Positions 46,384 to 54,283 of a DNA stretch of 64,000 nt are shown piece after piece (the first letter of the stretch is position 1; each line of letters starts with the position of its first letter). This DNA is from a bacterium (GTDB taxonomy: Bacteria > Krumholzibacteriota > Krumholzibacteriia > LZORAL124-64-63): contig JAIFKS010000010.1 of NCBI GenBank assembly GCA_020049465.1, positions 8,498 through 72,497 of the forward strand. The letters are read 5' to 3'. The notes below the pieces were generated by a model. That model did not search any database. It was not told where the DNA came from and worked only from the letters and a program-made list of their open reading frames with translations. A program made the position numbers and the translations under genes.

Positions 46384-49300
46384 TTATTTCAACAACATCA
46401 TCTTCATCATCCCTGTCGCCCCGTCGGCGGTCAGGCGCGCCAGGTAGACGCCGCTGGAGACCCGCTCGCCGTCATCGGCGGTTCCGTTCCAGGTCTCGGT
46501 GTGGCGACCACGGCCACGCGCGCCGCTGACCAGCGTCCGGACCAGGTGACCCTTGACGTCGTAGACCTCCAGACGCACCTGGCTCTCGCGCGCCAGGTCG
46601 TAGGTGATCTTCGTCTGCGGGTTGAACGGGTTGGGGGTGATGTCCACCAGACCCGTCAGCCGCGGCGACGGCACCTGATCGTCCACGCCGCTGGCCCACA
46701 TCGGCTTGACCAGAAGATTGTACGTGCCTGCCTTCGCCAGTTCACCCGACGTCATCTTCCAGACCGCCAGGCAGTAGTACCCTTCGGCGGGCACGTTGAC
46801 GACCACGAGTTCGTTGCCGCCCGGGCCGCCACCGGCGTACGACGTGCCCAGCGCGTCGGACTTGCCCAGGTAGGCGAGGTCGGCCCGATGCAGCGTCACG
46901 CCCCAGTCCACCGAACCGGAGAGATTCATCAGGTGGATGCCCAGTTCCCCGGCCGGGAGGTACAACTCCACCAGGTTGAGGATGCGCCCTTCCGGCAGAC
47001 TGAAGGGCCCGTAGATGCCGTTCGGATAGTTGATCGTCGAAGTCGAACCCGTGGATTCGGTCGCATAGTTGTCGCCGCCGTTGAACCGGACCACGCCCGC
47101 GTCGTACGGCTGGTAACCGCCGGGGGCCAGGTTGAAGTTCACCAGGACATAGTCCGAGTACGATCCGCCCCAGTAGGAGCCGGTGAGATTGTCGGCGAAC
47201 CCGTCCTTGGCTCCCGCGCTGGCTTGGTGCAGACGCAGGTCGACATCGCTGCCGTCGCCCGTCGGCATGGTCGCGATGGCCTGCCAGTAGCCGCTCCAGG
47301 CGGGCGTCCGCAGGCCGTCGCAGTTGGGATGGAAGGGCTCGCCCGTGCTCAGCGCGGCCCAACCGCCGTAGGGATCGGCGGGCATCCCCCTGATCACCGG
47401 GGTGTCGTTGCCCAGGGCCAGTGGCGACCACACCCACTGCTCGGTGTAGTTGTTGTTCCCTTCGTGGATTTCCTCGATCGCGTTTTCCGCGTCCGGCTTC
47501 CACCCCAGCGTGTGCCGGCCGCCGGCGAAGGTGAACGGATAGCCCCAGTTGAGCATCCCGTTGGCATAGCCCGGGAACCAGCCCCACGTCACCCAGGCCG
47601 AGTAGCTGCCGTCGATGTGGACCTGGGCCGGCAGGCCGGCCACAGAAGCGGACGGGCTCTCATTGCGCACAGCCACGTTGAGGAAGGTCGAGGCCGCATT
47701 GCCCGGCAGGACCAGCGGCGCCGGCACAGCCTCATTGGTACCGTCGGGCGCCGCGCGCGGGACGATGGGCGCGTACCAGCCTGCCGCGTACAGGGGGATG
47801 AAGTCGGGCGGTGTCGCGTCGATCTCGATTGTCACGTTGATCGGCAAGTTGCCCTGATCCCAGTTCGCGTCGCGGTAGACCAGCAGGGCGTGGTAACCCT
47901 GCGAAGGGATGTTCAGGTCCATCCGGGCCCGGCCGGTCGCATCGGAGTACCCCCAGGCCGTCGGGTAGGGCAGGGCGCCGACGTCGAAACTCGCGTCCAG
48001 CCAATGTGCATGCAGCGGGCCGTTCGCCGGATCCGTGTCGACGGTGATGCTCACCGGGCCGACCTGGTCCGCCCCCACGTAGAACTCCCAGATCCGCAGC
48101 ATCTGGTCCTGACCGAAGGACACGGTCACCGAGTCGCCGTAGGCGATGCTGCCGGTGGTGACATGGGTGATCTCGTAGTCTTCGGCGCGGCCATCGTAGT
48201 TGACGACACCCAAGTCGAACGGCGTGCCCCACCCCGTCTGGTTGTGGTTGACGATGACCGCGTCGATCGTGGCCCCGCCGATGTAGGAGCCAGCGAGCGG
48301 CGTCGCGAAGCCGTCCGCGGCTCCATAGCTGGCGCCGAACAATTCCACATCGCGGTCGTTCTGGGCGGTAAGCGGCCGCATGACGGCCACGTCCCACCAC
48401 GAGGCGCCGCTCATGCGCACGCCGTCGACGTTGCCGTAGAGCGGCGAGCCATCGGTGACAGCTTCCCAGCCCCCGGTCGGCTGCGGCGGCGCGGCACGCA
48501 CCACCGGCACATTCGGCGTCAGCGTCGTCGGGTTCCACACCCACTGGTGGGCCCAGCGATTGTCGGTCTCGTTGATCTCGGCCACCAGGTCCGTGGCGTC
48601 GAGGCGCGCCTCGTACGTGTGGCGGCCACCGCGGACATTGATCGGCGGCGACAGATTCGTGACGTACTGACCCATGTAGGCCGCCAGTTCGGGGAACCAG
48701 CCGAAGAGGTGCAGTCCACCGTCGACAAAGATGTTCAACTCGTGGTACGACGCCGTGGTCGATTCGCCGCTGTTCCACAGGCCGATATTGCACCAGGTCG
48801 CGGCGGCGTCGCCGGTGAGCATGGCCGGGGCCGGCACGCTGCCGAAACTGGCGTCGGTCGTCGAACGGGGAGCCACCGGGAAGTCCCAACCGGGGAACTG
48901 GTAGAACGCCAGGTTGGCCGACAGCGGCGCGCGCACGGTGTAGGGCCCGCTCCAGGCGTAGGTGCCGCTCCACTTCCCGGAGCGGTCCAGGGTCCGGATG
49001 CTGAAGTAGTAGGTACCCGGCGACAGTGTCGGCGTCGAATAGCTGGTCACGTCCCCGAGGTCCATGACGGTCGTCGGCAGGCCGATGCCGCCGGCGATCG
49101 TGATGCCGTAGCCTTCGATGCCGGAGACGTCGTCGACCGCCCGCGTCCAGGCCAGGTCGATCGTGGGGTCCGCCGAGTCCCCGCCGACCGCGTGGCTCGG
49201 CGAGTACAGTCCGGTGACGGCCGGCGGGACGCTGACGTCCAGCTCGTAGCCGCAGTTCTTCGCCGTCGCCCAGAGGGCTTCGCTGTACCCGGGGTAGCGG

Positions 49301-50799
49301 TTGCGGAACGCGGCCAGGAACGACCAGGCCGATGTCGGATGGTCCAGATCGACGGTGGCGATGATCTGGCTCCAGCCGAGCGACAATTCATCGGTCTCCG
49401 GGAACGCCGCGTGATCGTCATTGGCGGCATCGCCGATGTCGCGCACCACCGCCGCCAGGAATCCCTCGGTCGTCAGGGGATCGGCGTAGGTGGAGAAGCA
49501 GGTGCCGAGGTTCTCCATGTCGTACACCGATTGCGCCGCGAGTCCGTAGGTGGCCGCGTAGCTGCCCGGAATGACGTCGCCCATCCAGTCGGGGAAGCCC
49601 TCGGTGAACGAGACGTTGTCCGTCTCGGGGCACCACAAACAGTGACCGCAGCCGTTGTTGTCGCAGATGCCGTTGCAATAGAAAGGCGCCGGACTCAGCG
49701 CATAGGTTTCCATCCAGTGGTGCCCGAATTCGTGGCTGATCACGTTCTCGTTCCACTGCTCGCCTTCGCTGACGTACATCTCGCCGTTGTAGAAGGCGCC
49801 GACCTCTCCGTTCGGCCAGTTGCAGCGGAGGTAGGGCGTGTCGTAGCCGTTGCCCTGCCACCAGCGCCAGGTGCGCGTGAGGTTGGTCATCAGGTGCAAG
49901 GCCGGATGATCGTTGATGTCGCCCGGCTGCAGCCAGCCGAAGTCATAGTCGCTGCCCGTGAAGTTCCAGTTCGTGGCCGAATCCCACCTGTAGGGGAAAC
50001 GTCCACCTTCCGGCAGCGGGTCCCAGGCGGGATTCGTCACTGAGAACTGATTGCTGACCGTCGAGGCCGATACGTACAGATCGGGCTCGGCGTCGAAGAT
50101 GCCGGGCACCCAGGTGACGGTTGCGTCGTACCAGCCCTGGGCGTCGGCGCGAACACTGCCCAGCACCCCTTCCCCGAACGGGTCGTTGTCGTCGCAGATG
50201 AACACCGCCACGCCGTCGGCACCGACGGTGGTGCCGTCGCTGCGCTGGTAGACGAACCGGCCGTGCACACGCACACTGCGCGATTTGTCGGGCACGGCCT
50301 TATCCGTCCGTTCCATCGGCGTGAAGTCCATCGGCGGGAGCGTAGCCCTCGCCGCGTCCGTCAGGGGCGGCACGTCGCCCGTCGGTTTCACCGAAACCAT
50401 CGCGCCCGGCTTCAACAGGCGGTTGATGGCGGCCGGCGAGAGGTCGAACTGCCGGATGACGGGATAGCCGTCCACCACGAAGCTGAACTCGAGCCACTGC
50501 TCCGGGTCCTCGGTCACCACGGAGAAATCCACGACCAGCGCACGGCTCTTGTCCACGCTCACCTGCGGGGACACGGCCAGCGACAGCTGATCCCAGCTTG
50601 CACCGCCGAACCTCATGTCCTCGAGCACGAGGGGCGTGCCGGCCGTGATCTGCAACTGGCCCTTGAAGGGCACGCCCGGCACGGCCGCTCGCGGCTCGCC
50701 GAGGATCCTGATGTGAACCGGCGGACCGACATCGGCCCGGGCTCCGACGGCGCCCAGCAGGGCGACGATCGACGCCAGAAGGCAAAACAGCTTGCGCAT
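46384..50799 (-). CDS. Giant secreted multidomain zinc-metallopeptidase-like protein (paralog B of 17319..21851) with C-terminal T9SS-type/FlgD-Ig-like domain
   Basis: ATG 50799 with AGGAGG 7 nt upstream; signal peptide MRKLFCLLASIVALLGAVGARA. VISHEFGHHWMETYALSPAPFYCNGICDNNGCGHCLWCPETDNVSFTEGFPDWM is the same HExxH + Cys-rich + EGFPDWM arrangement as paralog A. C-terminus NPFNPQTKITYDL...LEVYDVKGHLVRTLVSG...HTETWNGTADDGERVSSGVYLARL...KMMLLK. Confidence 0.8.
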   Translation of the reverse strand: MRKLFCLLASIVALLGAVGARADVGPPVHIRILGEPRAAVPGVPFKGQLQITAGTPLVLEDMRFGGASWDQLSLAVSPQVSVDKSRALVVDFSVVTEDPEQWLEFSFVVDGYPVIRQFDLSPAAINRLLKPGAMVSVKPTGDVPPLTDAARATLPPMDFTPMERTDKAVPDKSRSVRVHGRFVYQRSDGTTVGADGVAVFICDDNDPFGEGVLGSVRADAQGWYDATVTWVPGIFDAEPDLYVSASTVSNQFSVTNPAWDPLPEGGRFPYRWDSATNWNFTGSDYDFGWLQPGDINDHPALHLMTNLTRTWRWWQGNGYDTPYLRCNWPNGEVGAFYNGEMYVSEGEQWNENVISHEFGHHWMETYALSPAPFYCNGICDNNGCGHCLWCPETDNVSFTEGFPDWMGDVIPGSYAATYGLAAQSVYDMENLGTCFSTYADPLTTEGFLAAVVRDIGDAANDDHAAFPETDELSLGWSQIIATVDLDHPTSAWSFLAAFRNRYPGYSEALWATAKNCGYELDVSVPPAVTGLYSPSHAVGGDSADPTIDLAWTRAVDDVSGIEGYGITIAGGIGLPTTVMDLGDVTSYSTPTLSPGTYYFSIRTLDRSGKWSGTYAWSGPYTVRAPLSANLAFYQFPGWDFPVAPRSTTDASFGSVPAPAMLTGDAAATWCNIGLWNSGESTTASYHELNIFVDGGLHLFGWFPELAAYMGQYVTNLSPPINVRGGRHTYEARLDATDLVAEINETDNRWAHQWVWNPTTLTPNVPVVRAAPPQPTGGWEAVTDGSPLYGNVDGVRMSGASWWDVAVMRPLTAQNDRDVELFGASYGAADGFATPLAGSYIGGATIDAVIVNHNQTGWGTPFDLGVVNYDGRAEDYEITHVTTGSIAYGDSVTVSFGQDQMLRIWEFYVGADQVGPVSITVDTDPANGPLHAHWLDASFDVGALPYPTAWGYSDATGRARMDLNIPSQGYHALLVYRDANWDQGNLPINVTIEIDATPPDFIPLYAAGWYAPIVPRAAPDGTNEAVPAPLVLPGNAASTFLNVAVRNESPSASVAGLPAQVHIDGSYSAWVTWGWFPGYANGMLNWGYPFTFAGGRHTLGWKPDAENAIEEIHEGNNNYTEQWVWSPLALGNDTPVIRGMPADPYGGWAALSTGEPFHPNCDGLRTPAWSGYWQAIATMPTGDGSDVDLRLHQASAGAKDGFADNLTGSYWGGSYSDYVLVNFNLAPGGYQPYDAGVVRFNGGDNYATESTGSTSTINYPNGIYGPFSLPEGRILNLVELYLPAGELGIHLMNLSGSVDWGVTLHRADLAYLGKSDALGTSYAGGGPGGNELVVVNVPAEGYYCLAVWKMTSGELAKAGTYNLLVKPMWASGVDDQVPSPRLTGLVDITPNPFNPQTKITYDLARESQVRLEVYDVKGHLVRTLVSGARGRGRHTETWNGTADDGERVSSGVYLARLTADGATGMMKMMLLK

Positions 50800-50817
50800 G
50801 ATCATGCCTCCTGACGG

Positions 50818-51432
50818 CTAGCGGACGGGGTTGGCGGGCACGGGACGATCGACGACCGACTGCGGGACCGGACGCGGCGCGTCCCAGTTCGCCAGTGCCG
50901 CCTGCATCCGTTCGATACGGGCCTGGTCGCCGTCGCGCGTGGCGAAGGCGAGCTGCAGTTCCATGAGCTGGCGCTGCGTGGACAGCTTCTCGCGCTCGAT
51001 CTCCTTCTGGATCTCCAGGGCGTCATCGCTCCCGGAGACCGCGTCGAGACGGTCGGTCAAGGCCTGGATCTTCTGTTGCTGCCCGTTGATGACCGCGTCG
51101 AAGGCGGCGCGACGCTCGAAGCGGGCCGCATCGGCGGGCGCGGCCGCGTCGGTGACCGCAGGCCGCTCGAGGGTCATGGCACCGGTGCGCAGGGCCTCGA
51201 TCTCGGCCTGGTTGGCCGGCAGGTCGGGAATGCCCGCAGCCGGGTCGGCAACCACGGCGGCGGCGCCCGGCACGCCCGACATTCCGGTGACGACAGACGG
51301 ATTGGACACGGCAACCGGCGCGTTCACCGCTGTCGGCTGCGGGTTCTGCCCCGAAGGTTCAACCGCGGCGTGGATGGGCGCGGCGGCGAGGAGCACCAGG
51401 ACGGCGGGAACGAGACGACGAGCGAACAGCAT
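50818..51432 (-). CDS. Small secreted coiled-coil protein (module B partner), homologous to 16805..17305
   Basis: Signal peptide MLFARRLVPAVLVLLAAAPIHAAV; coiled-coil tail ...ALEIQKEIEREKLSTQRQLMELQLAFATRDGDQARIERMQAALANW. Stop 12 bp before the giant gene B start. Confidence 0.6.
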   Translation of the reverse strand: MLFARRLVPAVLVLLAAAPIHAAVEPSGQNPQPTAVNAPVAVSNPSVVTGMSGVPGAAAVVADPAAGIPDLPANQAEIEALRTGAMTLERPAVTDAAAPADAARFERRAAFDAVINGQQQKIQALTDRLDAVSGSDDALEIQKEIEREKLSTQRQLMELQLAFATRDGDQARIERMQAALANWDAPRPVPQSVVDRPVPANPVR

Positions 51433-51763
51433 GGCGGAGCCCTCCGGTCAGGGGGTTCGGTGGCGGGGTCGCCGCGGTCCCGGATGCCGCCGCCGGGCGG
51501 CGGACGGTGGAATCGCCTCTTCCCCAAAATCACACGAGTTTGCTCTGTGTAAGAGACCGGCGGGCGCCAGAAGTCATAATCGATTCCCAGTTTATTCCGC
51601 AGAAATGCCATTTTCTACATAACTGATTGCCATTATTGCACTTAAATGGCGCCGAGAGCCGTGCCCGGAGCGCTCCGGCTTTCACTCCCGAGTCCCATGA
51701 TGGTCGCACAACTCTTTTCAGGTTGTGCCACGGGCTTGGCGATTGAAGCTTGCCGGCGGGGAA

Positions 51764-51777
51764 TTGCGCCGGCGCAA
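51764..51777. repeat. 14-bp palindrome TTGCGCCGGCGCAA, with degenerate cTTGCCGGCGGg at 51749-51760
   Basis: Read directly; 332 bp upstream of the gene starting at 51432, immediately abutting the 18-bp tandem array. Confidence 0.9.
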
Positions 51778-51864
51778 GTGGAAGTGAGCGGACAGTTGGA
51801 CGCGAGCAGACAAGTGGAAGCGAGCGGACAAGTGGAAGCGAGCGGACAAGTGGACGCGAGCAGA
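51775..51864. repeat. Tandem direct repeat, 5 x 18 bp (CAAGTGGAAGCGAGCGGA consensus)
   Basis: Units: caagtggaagtgagcgga / cagttggacgcgagcaga / caagtggaagcgagcgga / caagtggaagcgagcgga / caagtggacgcgagcaga. Contiguous, no spacers. An AT-rich tract lies at 51520-51650. Confidence 0.85.
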
Positions 51865-52124
51865 CATCGCGGATCGGTCAGTCGACGGCGGATTCACGCG
51901 CACGTTCATTGAACCAGGCCAGCGACGACCAGGGCGTGTGCGTCGGCCCACATCCGCGTGCGCATGACCAGACGCTCTTCCGGCGTCAGCGCCATCAGCA
52001 TGTCGCGATAGCGGGCGCACACTTCCGCAGACGTGTCCTGGCTCATCCGAGCAACCCCCGGAGTTGCGCACCCAGTCCGCCACGTCCGTCGAGGCGCACT
52101 CGACCACCAGGTCGATGGCGCGTG

Positions 52125-53900
52125 TCATTCGCCGTCGATCACGCCTTCCCTGTCGACCGCGGCCCCGACGCCGCGCGTCACACTCGACCGCCGCTCCGTG
52201 GCCACCACCTGCAGCATGTATTGCACGCGCTCGTTTCCGGGGGCCAGCTCCCATGCCTTTTCGAGATGGGCCAGCGCCGCTTCCGCTTCGCCGCTCTTCC
52301 AGTCCACGACGCCGAGATTGTACCAGCCCTCCAGCGAGGCGGGGTCCAGTTCCAGGGCCCGCTCCATCGCCTCGCGCGCCGCGTCATACTGGCGCGCCCG
52401 GCCGAGGGCCACCCCCAGCTGACGCCAGTTCTGCGCGTCGTCCGGCATGGCGGCAACCGCTTCCTGCAGCAGCGCCCGGGCTTCCGCCTGGCGGCCGTTC
52501 GCGGATTCCAGTAGCCCCAGCAGCCGCGATGTGCCGGGATCGACGGCGCCCGCACTCCGGAACGCCGCGTGGGCGAACGCGAGATCCTCGTACGCCGGGC
52601 CGTTGCAGCCCATCGCCAGGTGGAGCCGTCCGCGCAGAGCCCGCACGACATCGGGCCGGACACCCCGACGCAGCAGGGACTCGCACATGTCGAGCGCACG
52701 GCCCCGTGCCCGGTCGCGCGAGGCGGCTTCAGCGGCCTCGCTGGCCAGGCCCAGCTGCACCGCGATGTACCCGAACGGGGATCCGCCGGCGAACGCGCCA
52801 CCTGCGTGGGTGAAATGCGGCAGGCCGGCGGCGGGGAAACCGAGGACCAGCGGCAGCGTGGTGATGGTCTCGACCGGTCGCCCGAACGACAACGTGGCCA
52901 CCGACTGGGCGTGGCGGTACCAGCGCTCGGCCTGCGGATCGCCGTCCAGTTCGAAGATCAGTCCCGCATCCTCCCAGAACTGCTCGCCCAGCGGCAGCCG
53001 GTGGAACCGCCGCTGCTCGTAGTCGCCCAGACAGTGCCGCGCGCCGTCCACGTCGCCGATCGCCAGCAGCGCCTGCGAGCGGATCCAGTCGTTGGCGAAC
53101 GCGCCCGGGCGCGCTACGTAGCCGAAACTGAGCGACGAGACGTGCCGGTACCTGACGGCCGGCATGCGAACGGCATGGTCGATGGCCGCGGCCGTGCGGC
53201 CGCTGCCGGCCAGCCACAGGCCGCGCAGGACGGTGAACGGTTCGCGCTCGCTCTCCGACCGTGCGAACGCGTATCCCGCCGCGATTGCCGACTCGAGCAC
53301 TTCCCAGCAACCGGCTTCGCGCGCAGCGAGGGCCAGATCCCGGGCGGCCATCCGCCCCAGTTCGCGATCCACGGCTTCGATGGTGCCCGTTGCACCGGCG
53401 CCCGTGACATCGGGCCGGGGCAGCAAAGCCAGGGCGCGGGTGGAGGCGTCGATGGCCGCGCCGTTGTCCCCGACCAGGAAATGCAGCCAGCCCAGGGCCA
53501 CCTGCACGCGTGCCGCGGCGGGATCGAGCCGCGCCGCTTCCCGCAGATCGGCAATCGCGGCGCCCAGCACGTCGATGGCGCGCGGCTTCAATTCGCCGCG
53601 CGTCTGGTCCTGGAACGCGGCGCCGCAGGCGGCGCCCAGCCGGGTCCGCAGCGTCGAGCGGGTCTTCGCCTCCGATTCCGGCACCGGACCGCACCAGCGA
53701 TCAGCCAGCAAGCCCGCTTCGTGGACACGCGCCGCCCGTTCGCGCTCCGGCAACGCCCTGAAGGTGGCCACTTCGGCCGCGAAACCCGACGTGTCGGGCC
53801 GCGCGGGCAGCGCCGCGCATGGCTCTGGCGCCTGGTCCTGCGCAATCGCCGTCAACGGGACCGTCAACCCGAACACGATCAGCAACGGAATCAGCGACAT
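52125..53900 (-). CDS. Secreted TPR-repeat protein
   Basis: Signal peptide MSLIPLLIVFGLTVPLTAIAQDQ. Multiple TPR-like repeats (NWRQLGVALGRARQYDAAREAMERALELDPASLEGWYNLGVVDWKSGEAEAA). Confidence 0.7.
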   Translation of the reverse strand: MSLIPLLIVFGLTVPLTAIAQDQAPEPCAALPARPDTSGFAAEVATFRALPERERAARVHEAGLLADRWCGPVPESEAKTRSTLRTRLGAACGAAFQDQTRGELKPRAIDVLGAAIADLREAARLDPAAARVQVALGWLHFLVGDNGAAIDASTRALALLPRPDVTGAGATGTIEAVDRELGRMAARDLALAAREAGCWEVLESAIAAGYAFARSESEREPFTVLRGLWLAGSGRTAAAIDHAVRMPAVRYRHVSSLSFGYVARPGAFANDWIRSQALLAIGDVDGARHCLGDYEQRRFHRLPLGEQFWEDAGLIFELDGDPQAERWYRHAQSVATLSFGRPVETITTLPLVLGFPAAGLPHFTHAGGAFAGGSPFGYIAVQLGLASEAAEAASRDRARGRALDMCESLLRRGVRPDVVRALRGRLHLAMGCNGPAYEDLAFAHAAFRSAGAVDPGTSRLLGLLESANGRQAEARALLQEAVAAMPDDAQNWRQLGVALGRARQYDAAREAMERALELDPASLEGWYNLGVVDWKSGEAEAALAHLEKAWELAPGNERVQYMLQVVATERRSSVTRGVGAAVDREGVIDGE

Positions 53901-53937
53901 GGTCTGCCCCCCGGCTGAAGTGCCATAACTCCTTCTG

Positions 53938-53981
53938 AATATCCCCTACTCCCACTCCGGAAGTCAATCGACCCGCCCCCA
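53938..53981 (-). promoter_or_regulatory. Conserved promoter-like element, - strand: CGATTGACTT-N-GGGGATATT; copy 2 of 2
   Basis: ~80% identical to 46091-46133; 35-40 nt upstream of the TPR gene start. Between it and the start lies AGAAGGAGTTATG, a strong SD plus an out-of-frame 11-codon mini-ORF. Confidence 0.45.
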
Positions 53982-54283
53982 GTCCCCGCCTGCCGCCAGT
54001 CCCGATCTGCGCGGCGCACTTTCCGCCCGTTCCAGGTCGATCGCCGCGTGGCGCACGACAGGCCGAGGTCGCGGCCCCTGGGCAGGGCCGTCCGGGCTCC
54101 GGTGAATCGCAATTGCAATTTCAATATATTTTTGATAGGCTGGCACGGCGCTGGATGGGAGACGGCGCGGTTCACTTGCTCGCATGTCTGATTCACCGAT
54201 CCAACGCCCCGTTGTGGGCGCCGGAATTCCATTCCCGTCGTTTTGGGGGGGCACAGCGCGATTTCGCGCGGAGGAAGGGCAAC

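Noticed and set aside
46072-50043. 1323-aa + ORF opposite giant gene B; likewise 54299..57223 - opposite the S8 peptidase, 52569..53918 + opposite the TPR gene, 43488..44861 - opposite the Kelch gene, and 25395..28556 - opposite the RND gene
   Set aside because: Same antisense artefact class: no motifs, extreme Arg/Gly/Asp/His composition, always mirrored by a real gene.
51775-51864. Tandem 18-bp repeat considered as a CRISPR array
   Set aside because: Units are contiguous with no spacers, only 18 bp long, and no cas genes are present; it is not a CRISPR.
53915-53935. Strong SD (AGAAGGAG) plus ATG mini-ORF (MALQPGGRPCR) just upstream of the TPR gene start
   Set aside because: Only 11 codons, out of frame with the main ORF. 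It could be a leader peptide but there is no supporting conservation, so it is not reported as a gene.
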